From NCBI GenBank assembly GCA_051294905.1, contig CM119384.1:6324001-6388000 (forward strand): a DNA stretch of 64,000 bases. The letters run 5' to 3'. The position numbers and the translations under genes are program-made. Shown here in pieces: positions 13,601-28,600 of the stretch; the stretch's first letter is position 1; each line of letters opens with the position of its first letter. Below the pieces are notes generated by a model. It was not told the DNA's origin. It did no database searches and worked only from the letters and a program-made list of their open reading frames with translations. The DNA comes from Botryllus schlosseri. Taxonomy: Eukaryota.

Positions 13601-16600
13601 TTTAGAAATGAACTTCTGTTTGTCAGTCTATGTTACCTCCTACGTCACAATTCAGGTTGAATTCGGCTCTTCGCATCCGTGTGTCATCAATTTCCTCTCC
13701 CGTGACAGGATCGACACAATAGCAATGGTTCAGGAATCCGTAGCATTGCCTTCTCTTGTAAGTGCCGTCGGCATTACATTCGAATATCATCGCGTCCATA
13801 AAACCTGCCATTTTGTCGTTGGCGTCTTGACAAGGCCCTGCGAAGTGGCCAATAATGTAAGGTGCGATCCAAAATTCAGTTCGGTCGAAAATTTATGAGA
13901 ATTAAAGGAGCTTGACCGTGATATCTGGGGAGCGTTTGACTATTTTAAAACGGCCATCCAATCCGGACAAATCTTATAAAGACAGCTGTTGAACGAAATG
14001 AACGATATGTAATCTTGCACAAACTTTTACAGAAACATAACCATTATCAGAATACAGAGACTTGCATCACAAGGGTTTGGATTTAATCCAGAAACAGAAT
14101 TGTCATTCGGCCCAGATCACATTAAGCACTAGTTTTTAATTCTTATCCTATTTCATTTCAAGCAGTACCTTGGTTATTCGGATGTAAGACATGCCTCTCT
14201 ATAAGATGATTCTAAGGAAGGGGAGATTGTAAGCATCGTACATGATATTCTAATGTTTGTGGTAAGCAGGGCAATGGGACAGGGGAAAATAGATAAACGC
14301 CTGTACTCGGAAGAAATGCAGTTTATTTTTGTCTGCACCACCGATGTGAGCTGAAGAGGCAAAACTCATCAAGTCGGCACACCATTTTTCTCTACACGCA
14401 ATCCCAGTATTCTGTGAACATAGCTGGGAAGTCACAGATACCACTTTTGTGATAAAATCTTTAGTGTGACTTGACCAGGGATTGAATTCACAACATACAA
14501 GGTAAGAAGCTGGACAGCTCTACCATTAAACTGTCTTGTCAGTACCTAAAAAGGTGACAAATCCACAGAAATGTAGTCTCAGTACTAAAAATCAACGGAG
14601 ATTTGTGCCAACACAGACGCATAGATCCCATATTTAGTAAGGGAAGAGGAATTTACTTACTTTTTGGTTTCATTGTTGGCTTCACTGTAGGCTTCGTGGT
14701 TGGTTCAACATCAACGATGGTGTCATCCTCGTCTTCTGTACGATGGACACGATTTGTTAGCAATCAGTAAGCATCGAATAATTTCGTGATACTTTTAAAC
14801 AGATGTGGAAGTGGTGTAGCTAATTTCAGGGAATGTCCAGTAGACCTGCACCAGCACTAGGTAACCGAAAAGAATGTGGATAAAAAGAGAAAGAGTTCTT
14901 AGAAAGGAGGACATTTTCAATTTCCTGAAAAATGACGACAAATCCTCCTGAAGTAGGACATATAGTAATCGTATACCAGTATACCTTAAATATAATATAA
15001 CACATTGTGACAACACAGTGAGCTTATCACTACTTCCAAGAAATGTCAGTTTTATGAGCATGCGCATGCGCAGCGCTTTGCCACATGCTTCGGATGCTGT
15101 GGAATTATCGAAATACTAAAAATCACACTAATGGCAAGGTACTGCTCGACTTGAAAAAGTGCAATCAATATGCGATTTGGATTCGAGTACCCGAATCATT
15201 TTGCCTATTCCTAATTAATTATCGCAAGTGCCGGGGATGGTTTTTGGGGGTAATATATTTGATAACAGGAACAGGCAACTGGGGGACAATACATTGTGTC
15301 ATTAAATCAACTGAACCTATGCAAAAGAACTTACTTTGACAGGAATATCCGTCTCCGGAATAGCCCCGTTTGCATCTGCATTGGTTCCGTCCTCTAACCA
15401 TCGCACAGACGGCGTCTTTGCCGCATCGTCGACCGAACATACGATGACAATCGTTGTCCCATTCGCCAGCTGTATTAACAACAATGCATTAGTGGATTCG
15501 CAACCTTCCACCTAACCCGAAGAACATACTTTGGCAGAAAAATCCGTTGCCCCAATAACCGCTCTTGCATACGCATCGGAAAGAACCATCGTCATCTTGC
15601 ACGCAGTCGGCGTTACTGTCACACATTCTTCCAAAATTCGTGTGGCATCCGGACTTCGGACTGCCCTCTGTTAGGGAGAGATTTGAATACAAATGTTGAG
15701 GCTGACAGAGATAGATATAGAGTAGCTTACGTCCGCAGTAGAGGCCGTTTCCGAAATAACCTGCCTTGCATCTGCATCGGTATCCGTCCTCACCAGCGTT
15801 TACGCACATAGCGTTTTCGCTACATCTTCTTCCGTAGCGTACAAAACACCCGGCTGGAATACAAAGTAATCTCTAGCCGTTGAGTATCACGAATTGCAGA
15901 GCAGGAACACAACATAGATCAGTTGAAAACTATATTTGTAATCCATTATAATGGTGGCAGCATTTTCAGCAATGAAGGCAGTTATAATCAATTGGCTTTG
16001 GCGTAATAAATATTGACATCGGAATCTGAATGATTTATATGGAAGTTCATCAACTCGAAGAAACAAGGATTGGAATAGAATGAAAAAAAGAAGGCGTGGA
16101 AGCGACTCCAACGATCCAGCAATCAAATTACCACCTTGGACTACAGATAGAGTCATAAAAATGTTTGAAAAAACATGTTATATATATATATAATAATAAT
16201 CTTGTATAGTAGCACACAGATATCTGATGTCTCACTGTGAGTAAGATGCGATCTCTCTCATTCAATAAACATACAAATTATAATATGTGCCAGGATCTTC
16301 GCTGTACTGATATCGAGTTGGAGCAATGCAATCAATTTGATCGTGAAGGATCATAATCATGATAGATTGATACCTAATCTCATCAACAAATAACGAGTAT
16401 TGTCAAAATGCTACTAAAATCACTGTCGTGTACAGTGGATACCGTAAAAATTAACTACAACATACTTCTGCATCGGAAACCATTTCCCAAATATCCCTGT
16501 CTGCACATGCATTTGTGAGAGCCATCTTCCATGGCCTGGCAGTCGGCATTCATGCCGCACCGTCTGCCGGCAGCACGGTGGCATTCGCTGTCCCATGTTC

Positions 16601-19600
16601 TACCCACTGAAACAGAAAAGGGGAGATGCTACATGGGAGCTTTCGGGATCGAAGAGAAATAAATTACTTGTGCAGAAGTAGCCGTTTCCAAAGTAGCCTT
16701 CGTTGCAACGGCATCTTTGAAGTCCGTCCTCGTCAACACAAGACGCGTCCTTATGACACCTCCTGCCGGCATATTCGTGGCACTTATCGTCCGGCACACC
16801 AGCTAACAAAAATGTAATCTGATTTAGATTTATCGTAATGATCAAGTCACCCGAGGTAGTCTGCTACTAAAATAGGAATAGACGTAAAGCCGTAAAAAAC
16901 ATAATTACATGTAGAAGTGATGAATTACATGACGTGTTAAAACTACTTGAAATAGAAGTAGTTTGGAAATAAGTAGTTTCAATTAGTCGATTCGGTCGAG
17001 GGGTACCATACTTTAGCAGTTGATCACAAATGGCTTCATTCAAAATTGCAAGATGCATCTTCACAACCAACACAAAAGCAACAATGACGCTACGAATAAG
17101 GGTAATCTTTGAACATATATTCACAAACCGTGATCCAGGGCTGATTTCACGCGGTTATTATGACATTCTGGCTCAGAAAATTGAAACGAACCGATCCCTA
17201 AACTACTTTTACTTTTCAAAATCAAGACTGTAAAAAGTAAGTAATTTTGTCAAAAAACTGTTAAATAAAAGTGTAGTACAATAACATTGACATTTGAGCA
17301 AGTAGTGAAATTAGGCAAAAGCTACCTGAGTAATCCAAAAAGAAGTAAAAGCACTTGGTGTAAGTACTTAGTGTGAGTACCTAGTGACCGCCTCTGTTAG
17401 TCAATAGGCGAACATATCAAAAATAGGTGGCAATAGTCTATATCTGATTCTCTCACATGAACAGTATTTTCCGTTTCCAAAGTACCCCTCTCTGCATACA
17501 CACATGTGAGTGCCGGCGATAACATAGCAGTCGGCATTTTCGCTGCAACGTTCATAGTCTTTTTCGTAGCACATCTCAAAGTCAGCCTTCACCGACCAGA
17601 CCTTGAATTCTGCGTCTAAAATGAATATTACAAGTGTAATTGGTAGCAACACCAAATCGTCATTGACAGTCCGCAGAACTAAATGATATCGATTATCGTT
17701 CTACACAATGAGTACAATTGGCATAGTAAAATTAGTGCTTATTGCTGTTTTGTATGTACAATTGCACATATTACGTATCAACAGATTAGAAAATTAGAGA
17801 GACTTCTTTAACGTGTGAAGTATAATAGTCACGGTCACAAGGTAAGGAATCTTCTGTAGAGCGAACTTGGCAAGTAGTTTTAGATGTGTCGCAGCGCAGT
17901 CGTCTAGAGTTTTACTGCACTACTTATTATTGAGTATAACAGCAGTGACTACCCCAACCCTATATTTGTGCATATATAGCCTCACATGTGTAACATACTT
18001 ACCATCGCAGTCAAATCCATCACCGAAGTAAGCCATGTTACATCTGCATGTAGGATTGCCATTGACCATCATGCATTTGGCATTTCTGTTGCATCGCCTT
18101 CCGAATCGTCGGTGACATTGAGACCTCCACTGTCCGGCTTTGAAGGCGAGAAAAATTTAATGACCGGTTCGAATTGACCTGATCAGGCGTGCATACTTGC
18201 GCAGTAAAATCCACCGCCCCAGTAGCCTGGATTGCAGACACATTTCGGCTTTCCATCTACCGTTTCGCAAGTGGCCTGTTGATGGCATCTTCTACCAAAG
18301 TCACGGTTACAATCTGAGGATGGCGTGCCACCTGAAAACGGAAAATTCATCGTGTTAAGTTGTTATTCCAATTTCACATTTGCATACATTTCAGTTTCAA
18401 ACGGACATGTTTTCAAATAAAACAGGATAGCTTAGCAAATGACGGTCAAGTTCTCTTCCTAGTATAGATTAGAATGATGATGACTCTTGTAAACTGAAAT
18501 CACATGAAATAAGTAAATATGTAGCCAGTTTTAGCCATGATATTAAGTCCTTGTAGTGCATATGTAGAGAGGTGTATATTCTTCTGTCCTATGAAGCCAA
18601 AAAATACACTTACTCATACAATACAGTCCATTTCCAAAGAATCCCGAACTGCAAACACATTGGTATTTACCATCTCTCTTCATGCAAGTAGCATCTTTCG
18701 AGCAAGCCCTCTTGTATCGTGCGCGGCATCCGTCTGTGTTTAGAGGGGAGTTTAGCAGTTTACCTCGGCGTTATTACTTTCAGATCAGTACCTCTGCAGA
18801 TGAAACCGTCTCCGACGTATCCATCTTGGCATTGACACTGAGATCGACCGTCGCCTCCTTTGACACATTGAGAGTTTCTTCCGCAGCGCCTGCCGTTACG
18901 TTGGTGACACTCATTATCCCAGGAACCGCCTGATATGAAGTATGCAAAATGATTACATCAAACACAGGCATCACAGGCAATGTTCCCTCTAAGCTGTGCA
19001 CGTGCGCAAATGCGCAGTGCTGAAACGGTGTCTGCGCACAGAAAATCTAGGATGCGCACAAAAAATTCGCAGTGATGACGTTTTTTTTAATCGTTGCGCA
19101 CTCTTGTCCAAGGCACCACGCAGGCGCTCTGACTCGAGAAAAATGAGAGGGAACATTGCCAGGGGTAAATAGTGCTATCGCTGAAGTCTGAAACCGAGTT
19201 AGGCCTACAAGTGCGGCCCGAAAAGGCAAATATTGCGCTCCGCGAAGCAATGAGAATTTGCAATCGTGTGCGACTCACGAAAGATATTTTTCTTTTACTA
19301 TGGTATCGTACGCGTGAGCGATACTGATATCATATCAATAGCGCAATCCTATGTGGGAATGGCGAAATAACGTGGTTTAACAAAATTATGAATAACAATG
19401 GGCTAGCTAGAAGTTAACTGCGAGAAACTAACGAATAGTCTTCTCCGCGTGTCATGAATATTGTATAAGATTTACTGTACAATTACATGCCGCGAATTTT
19501 CGAAGTCATCACTTCCATCAGGCGAATCTGATCACGTATGGTGATATAGGATAATATGCAGAATATGCAAGTACAAGCACCAATATTGTTGAAAAAATCC

Positions 19601-22600
19601 ATCCCTTTGCAAACGTTGATCGGGAAATGCAGCAACTATATGCACCGTAGGGCGTTGCATTAGATCAGCTTCTCAGCAGCACAAATTTGTGATTTTATTC
19701 GATTCGTTTGAACGCGTATCTTCTGTCGATAAGGTCATACGCTAATCTTGTTTTTGCTTCAATCAGACTTGAATATTCGTATCATTATATCTGACTGTAT
19801 GTCTTGACAGTAATGAGTGCATTGCCGGTATTAAGACGTCACATCAGTGTTTTAACGCGATAGGCCTACATCGATCGCATGTATTGATTTCAAGTGCGTT
19901 CTCGTGCGTGTATGTCTGTCTTCTAGTAATCCATAGTATGTCACCATATCGTCGCAGTGGAATCAAAGTGACTTATGTCATTGTCCAGATTTCAATATCT
20001 TTTGGCATAGCAGATAGGAGGTCACGAAATAGCATGATGTAAGGAAGTCATTATACCAACGGGTACGCCCGAAGATGTTTAATTATATTTAGGGGTCCTA
20101 CCTTTTCCAACACATCTCACTCGATCAGCTTTACCTGTATATGTAATTACGTGAGCAGAGACAGGATTAAAATTGACAGCAATATATGCAATTCCCGATG
20201 ATATTGGCCGATTTGATCATGAATTATAGAAAATTTTCGCGCCTGACGGGTTTAGGCGAAGTTAGGTATATCACTCTATGGGGGGCCTGGTTGCGCACTG
20301 TTGTCCAAGGGCCTGCACAGTGAGTTGGCGTATTTGCGCAGACTCGTGAAGAATTAAAGGGAACATTGATCACAGGCATTCGTAGTATCATGCGACTAAA
20401 TCATGGGTGTTGGATGGACATTGCTAGACACAACGCATGGTGTCTTGTGTATCATGTTGTATATTGTGCCTTAGCAGACAAAAATAGTATAACAGCTGAT
20501 AATAATCGTTATAAAGGGTGTGATTGATTCCGCTAACTCAACAGTCTCAACACCACTGTCAATTTTCAGAATGTCTAGTATATTTTAATACTAATTAAAA
20601 TGCTGGAAAAATTAAAGAAGTGTAAAAATGGTTGAAGCTTGTAAACTCAAACTTACGTGCGCAATAGAAGCCGTTTCCGAAAAATCCCTTGTTACATTTA
20701 CATTGAGGTCGGCCATCATCATCAGAACATGTTGCGTCTTGATGACATCGTCTTCCGAATCGTAAATGACAACGGGACCTCCAAACTCCACCTATACGAA
20801 AAGATCATAACTAAATAACTTTACCAATCTAGATGTAGCTAGTCTAAATTGATATAAATCATGAAATAGATCAACAAATGCAAGATCAATCTGATATTTC
20901 TATTATTCCATGGGCCATATGGATTGGCAGTAAGGAAAGGAATAAATAAGGGACACTGGATAGCAGTACGTACCATTTTGAAATTCTTCTCAAGACTAAA
21001 TTTCTTTCTAAAACTTTGCATCAAATTCGTCAACATTGTCGACATTTCAACACAGACAGTTTTGCTATTTTTGCGATAACCGGCGAAAGCTTAACCCGGT
21101 ATTTGCAGCACACTCACGTCCACAATAGTATCCCATTCCCCAATATCCGGGCTTGCATTTGCAGCGATATCGTCCAGACATTGTTTTTAAGCAGTCGGCA
21201 TGCTCGTGGCAAGATCTTTGGAGGTTATCTTCGCACTCTTGAGGATCCACGGGTGATGCCTCGGTGTCTGCATCTGCATAAGATTGGTATAATTTGTTAC
21301 CGAGGTGTAGACGGAAATTCATAACTACGATATGCTTGTATCACATATTGATAGAGTGGTAACAAGCATTTTGTATATAATAATAATAATATGAGATATT
21401 GATCTATATTATATTTCAGATATATGTATATATAAAGAGCTTTTTGGAGGTACAGAACTTCAATATACACTTGAATAGTTGCTGACGACTACCCCTGATG
21501 AGTGTCAGCCGAAAATATTCGGGCTCATTTCAATATGAATATACTATTCAATTATATGTATATGTATTTAGCAATGTTATCTCGTAATATGCACATTGTC
21601 CAAGTATTGTGATTGCTGGTCTAATTAGGAAAATTCAGAAATAATCATAGGTTCTGGAAAGCTGGATCCTAGATTTGGTAATTGCTAATTTTCGATTCAA
21701 ACTCTATTCAGAACTTCGTATGCATGATATATATCAGTGTTATACAACAAACTTCAGTATACCTTCACAGTAAAATCCTGTACCAAAGTAGCCCTTATTA
21801 CATCGGCATTTGGGTTCGGCACCAGAGGTGTCACAGCGTGCATTGGCATCACATCTGCGTCCAAAGAATTGGTGACATCTGCTTGAGTATGCTCCACCTA
21901 TTGTATGCAAAAGCATCAAGCTGAAGGAACTATTATACATGATTATTTATGTCAAAAACAAAAATTGAACATAACTAAACCAAGTTATGTTTACAAGTCA
22001 GTCTCGTTCAATTACTATAACAAAAAGTTTTATTCATTTATTACAGGAATAGTATTACATCCGGGACGTCAAAATAAACGTGGATGGTGGGCCAGATTCG
22101 TACCTCTTGATTGCTTACATGCCGGACCAGCCAAATGATTCTAAAATGTTACCTCCAAATACAAACCTTTATTTTCCACTGAAATGCCTTAATATCCAAT
22201 CTATAAATAATAGCATTCTTCTACCATCACCTTTATTCGCAAACAACGGTATTGGCAGAAATACAATGATTGGCTGATTCAATACAGTTACAAATTGCTA
22301 AAACAGTAGCTCTAACGATGACATAATTTGACCATCTGGCGGTTGTATGTTTGAAACCCTGATTTACATAAAATGTTGAACGCACAAAGAACAGGGAACT
22401 GTCTATTGTAATGCGCTGTAATTTGCTGAAAAAAGTTTTGAAAATTGTGATCCTCCAGAGCAGGGACTGTGATTCTATGATCATTCTACGCAATGGAAGC
22501 TATTCAGGAATTTGAGGACCTTCCTCTGCGAAATGAATTTACATATACACATAAATAAGTCAGAATATATTTGTATGGATTGCATGTTTTTACAGCAGTT

Positions 22601-25600
22601 TGCCTTCAACTATCACAAATCACATCGACTTACTTCCACAGTAGAATCCATTGCCGAAATACCCAGTATTACAAACACATTTAGATTCGCCATTAACTTG
22701 TTGGCACATCGCATTTTCATTGCAAGGCCTTCCATATTTTCGGTCACATTCGGATTTCGGTGTTCCACCTGTGTTCCACCCAAGGACAAGAATCAATGAG
22801 TAAATCCAGTGCAACATTAAAAAACAGTAGTACTCACGTCCGCAGTAGAATCCGTTTCCATAGAACCCGCTTCTGCATTGGCATCGATATTTCATTCCGT
22901 CTTTGACACAATCTGCGTTTTCATTACATCCTCGACCGAATTCCAATTCGCACGGTTCTGGTGAAACAGGGAAGTATTTAACCACATTGGAAGTAGAAGC
23001 TATTACATATAGAAAAACATAGTGATACAAGAAGACAAGATATGAAATAATTGATAAAATACAGCTCAGTATTTAAAGCAGTGTTTCTTAAACTTTTTAG
23101 CGCTCGTACCCCTTGAGCTGTCGTGAAATGTTTTTCGTACCCCCTATCCAGGATCGAAACAGCACTTTTTCAAGTCACCCTCAAAGGTCATGGACCCCAT
23201 AGGGTTTTCAGCACAACTTATTTTGATTTCAGGGACAGGAGATATTCATATCGAAGGTTTCGCCGATGTCCTGTGATTTTAGGGTCCAAAGTAAATATTT
23301 TGTCGGGGGGAATGACATACCCAAATTTAGTGTAAGAATTCGATTGAAAGGAATCGCGCCAAGCGCAAAGAAAATTTTAGAGTTGAAGAAGTCCGGCCAA
23401 TAATATTCCATTTGCAAAATATATGCGTAATTAAATAACGTATAATTGCACACTGCATCTCATACCCCCTACTTTTGTGATTCGTACCCCCAAAGGGTCC
23501 GTGGGCCCCTGTTTAAGAACCGCTGTGTCAAAGACTAACTAGATACCGTATTCATAAATGGATAACACTCACTTTTGCACGTAAGTCCATCTCCAACGTA
23601 TCCTTCATTACAGACACATTTCGCATTAGCTTCAGATGTATCGCAGCGTGCGTTAGAAGAGCATCGTCGCGCATATCGTCTGTGACATTCATTGACCCAA
23701 CTTCCAGCTGCAGACACAATTAACAATTACATACCTGCTCACTGCCCAACAATTTATCCAAAAACTACATCATGAAAATTGTTGTTTTTTGTAAGTCATG
23801 ATTAGGGCACAAATGGATTATACTCTTTTTGAATGACCGTCTAATTACAAATCGAGGGAGATGGGAAGATGCATCTTGCAAGTTTGAGAGTGGCCACCTT
23901 ATGATTAACTTCCATATGTACACGACCCCTACATCAAATCTACAATTTGAAACTACTTAGTTAGTTTCAGACTTTATCTACCTTCCCCTTATATTACTTT
24001 ATCTACTTCCTCTTGTAGTAGCTTTGACAGTTCTTGGAAAGTGCTATTTCTACTAATAATTTAGTAGAAATTCATGGCGTTACTTCTGCTTATACTCGAG
24101 TATTCATTAGGTGCAAAAGAAGAACTTACATCGGCAGAAAAACCCGTTTCCGAAAAAGCCATCTTTACATGCGCAAGTGGGATTGGCCCCTGGCGTACAT
24201 TCTGCGTCTCTGTGGCATTTTCTTCCGAATCTTCGAGCGCAGGGACCTTTCTCTGCGTCACCTGTTTTTCAGAATGACAGAAATAGGAATTGTCATCAAT
24301 ACTAATACGCCATTGAGAAAACTAGACCGTTGAACGACAGTCATAGAGAGCATGTGACGTGTGATGAAAATTGTCTTACCAACGCAATAGAGGCCGTTGC
24401 CGACATATCCCGCTTTGCAACGGCACATGTACTTGTCTCCAGACTTATAACAGTTGGCATTGGCGGAACAAAATTTGAAGAATCGTCTGTAACACATCAT
24501 ACCGTCCACCGGCTCGTCTTTTGGCATCGGCATAACATCAACAACGCTGGGATCCTCTGCAACATCATATTACATGGTTCAAATTACAGATTGAAAGTTT
24601 CAAAACACTAGTATTGAATTATAGGAACCTAGGCCTATAAAAATAGATATTTTAGAGATTCAGATGTTTCACAGGATAATTTTGTGCACAAACTCAACTG
24701 TAGTGCCGGAAGAAATATCAACTCACTATCACAAGAATAGCCATCTCCAGAATAACCTCGTTTGCACCTGCAAACGTTTCGTCCGCGTACTCTCGCACAA
24801 GCGGCATCTTTACCACACCGTCTACCGGACATACGATGGCATTCATTATCCCATTTTCCACCTATAATGAAATGAATGTCGATTAAAACGCTATTTCCTA
24901 TTTTTGCAGTAAAGGGCATATACTTTGACAGTAGAATCCATTGCCCCAATAAGAGCTCTTGCACACGCATCGGAAAGAACCATCGTCGCCTTCTAGACAA
25001 TCGGCGTTAGCGTGACACATTCTTCCGAATTGAGTATGACATCCGGACTTAGGACTGCCCTCTGAATATTAAACGATTAATGTAGAGGGACATGAAATCA
25101 TATGAAAATAAAATGAATACATACGTGCACAATTCTGGCCATTTCCGAAATAGCCTGTCTTGCATTGACATTGATAACCTCTTGCGCCTGTGTTGACGCA
25201 CATCGCGTTTGCATCACACGGTCTGCCGAATCTCATGAAGCACGCTCCTGTATTGCAAAGATAATTTAATATTTTTGCACGATTAATGTCAAGTTGCAGA
25301 AATTCTGATAGGAAAACCATCCTCAAGTTGAACACCTCAACCTGCCGCGGAAATTTAATTGAATTTACGGCTTTATGACATTTCCTGGTGAACCTTCAAG
25401 GTTTGTGATACTGGTGCCGGAAAAAGTTCTTACTAACCTCGGCAAAAGAATCCATTTCCGAAATAGCCGTCTTTGCACACGCATTTGTGAGATCCGTCTT
25501 CCATCGACTGGCAGTCGGCATTCGACGCACATCGCCTACCGGACTCTCGGTGACATTCGTTGTCCCAGGAACTGCCCACTGGAAAATCGAAGAGCGATAC

Positions 25601-28600
25601 TATTTCGATACTTTGTCGATTTCACCGGAATGACTTACTCGCGCAGTAATAGCCATTTCCAAAGTAACCCTCGTTGCAACGGCATCTGCTAATTCCGTCT
25701 TCGTCAACGCAGGAAGCGTCTTTGTGGCACATTCTTCCGGAAAATCGTTGGCACTCATTACTCGGCGTACCAGCTGATTTGAAATAGAAAATGGCATTAT
25801 TACATTTCTTATTATACAATCTGTCTGCAGATTTACAGCAAATTACAAAATCAGTATTTTACAGATTCCCAGTAAAATATCTTACAGTCGGTCGATGTGA
25901 TAGTTGCAAATCGGCAATAGTATCACAATAATAATTAATATTAGTATATTAGGAGTTAAATCCGCGTATCTCACATGAACAATATTTTCCGTTTCCATAA
26001 TAGCCTTCTTTACAAACGCATTTGTACAATCCGCTGACCATGAAACAGTCAGCGTTTTCACTGCAACTTTCGTAATCTTGTTCATAGCACATTTCAGCGT
26101 CGACCATCACGGACCAAACCTTGAAATCCGAGTCTACAACCAACAATAACATGATCAGCAAAAGTAGCAATAAAGACCAGAAAAGCATTTGTCATAATTT
26201 GTCTCACTTACCATCACAGTTGAAACCGTCTCCAAAATATCCCTTCTTGCATCGGCACTCGGGGTTGCCATTGACCATCATGCATCTGGCATTTCTGTTA
26301 CACCGCCTTCCGAATCGTCGGTGACATCGAGACCTCCACTGTCCAGCTGTGAAGGCGAGATAAATTAAATGACAAGTTCAAATTGACCTGGTCATGGAGT
26401 GCTTACTTGCGCAGTAAAATCCACCGCCCCAGTAGCCTGGATTGCAGACGCACTTTGGCCTTCCCTCTACATTTTGGCAAGTGGCATGTTGATGGCATCT
26501 TCTACCAGAGTCACGGTTGCAATCTGAGGATGGCCTGCCACCTGAAAACGAGATATTCATTGCTGTTTTCTCTCGCCCCAAACTCGCTGTATCGATGCAC
26601 GTTTTTGCATATCATATTACTAATCAACTGTGAGCCACATCAGACACACCTTTATCTATAACCGACTATTCACTTACTCATGCAGTATAGTCCATTTCCA
26701 AAGAATCCAATTCGACAAGCACATTGGTATCTTCCGTCTATCCTGACGCATGTCGCGTCTTTCGAGCATGCTCTCTTGTATCTTGCGCGGCAGCCATCTA
26801 CACAATGCGTTTCCATGTTAAATTATGTAATTTTGTGATATTTCGTGTATGCTGCAATTTTACCTCTGCAAATGAAGCCGTTTCCAGCATATCCTTCGCG
26901 GCATTGACACTGAGCTGAACCATCGCTTCCTGTGACACACTGAGAGTTTGCTCCGCAGCGGCGGCCGTTGCGCCTGTGACACTCGTTGTCCCAAGACCCG
27001 CCTAACATTTCAAAACGGATTCGTTAATAATATGCCGCATTTATCCTAATACCAAAGATACTGAGGTCAGCATCTCATGTTATTGATGTAAGTGTAGTTA
27101 AGAGTAAATACAGGCGTAATCTGATTTCTTGTGCACTTAACAGACTGATCTTCACAAGGCAATGAGTTGGGGAAAAAGTAGCCTACTTTATTGCCACAAA
27201 AACCAACAAAATAATTTGAACAAACGTCTTTGAACAAGTTACCCTTTTTAGATCACATTTCCCCTCTTTAATCAATACAATCATCCAAAATATGAGAGAA
27301 AGCATCATACTTGCGCAGTAGAAACCGTTTCCGAAGAATCCTGCGTTACATCGGCACTGAGGTTGGCCGTCATCATCCATACACGTAGCGTCTTGATGAC
27401 ATCGTCTTCCGAATCGGAATTGACAACGGGACTTCCAAGCACCCTCTGTCAAACAAAATAGAAATAGGTATATTCGGATTGCGCTTCGCATATATCATAA
27501 CTGCCAACCGCAGCATAGAGATTTCAGGATAGAATGCAAGATTCTCTGACTCTGAGAAAAATACATTTCTTATTATAACCTGAAGAGCCCAAGAGAATGA
27601 GCTCGCATATCAGGAATTATTAATGTTAAGACAACGCAAATGATGCCTGATCAGTGATATTTTCCATGATTCGACGTGACGAATGATATACATTTGGTGA
27701 CAGTGTTTCCTCTGAAACCTAAATTACTCAAATATGTTGGAAATATACAACAAGATATTCTAACAAATAGTTGAATCAAATGATCCAATTTCTCCTGCAA
27801 TCTACAATACATTATATCGCCAGACCACAACTTTTGGACATTGATGTTACACATCCCATAGCATCATAAGATCAACAATATCAGTGGAGATTAGCTTGAT
27901 TACAAAAGTATCACCCAGTCCATTGTACAAAACTCACTTCCGCAGTAGAATCCCATTCCCCAATATCCGGGCTTGCATTTGCAGCGGTATCGTCCGGACA
28001 TCGTTTTCAAGCAATCGGCATGTTCGTGGCATGATTTTTGAAGGTTATCTTCGCATTCTTGAGCATCCACGGACATGACATCGGTGTCAGCATCTGTGTA
28101 CGGTTGAATTTCACTCAAATGTAGATCTACTCAACACGACAAGAATCAGCGTACTAATTTCGATCAATTACCGAGCGGTTGAATGTGTGCTAATTTCAAT
28201 GCAATAATAAATTGCGCATTCACTCAGTTCCAGCATTGAGATCAAGTTAGAATCGTTATTTCTCAAACTGAGGCAGGAGTCATATGTGTTTCATGATCAC
28301 TACTCATCAATTCTAAGTTCTGTATGAGAAAAGCTAACCTTCGCAATGGAAGCCAGTTCCAAAGTAACCTCTCTTGCATCGACACTGCGGTTCCGCACCA
28401 GTTGTGTCGCAGAGAGCATTGGCGTCACATCGGCGTCCGAAGAATTGGTGACAACGATTTGCGTAAACTCCACCTGGCCCCAAAAAATGGTAAGTTATAG
28501 GAATGTCATTTACCTAAAATAACTACCGTCATATTGAGACCAAAGAGAGAAATAGTTGAAAGTTACTGCCTATATGCACTTTCTATATGCAATCTTTCTA

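Noticed and set aside
24557-24726. Boundary between two separate tandem genes (block A and block B)
   Set aside because: It is a normal 170-nt GT-AG phase-1 intron with no stop or new signal peptide, and the reading frame is continuous.
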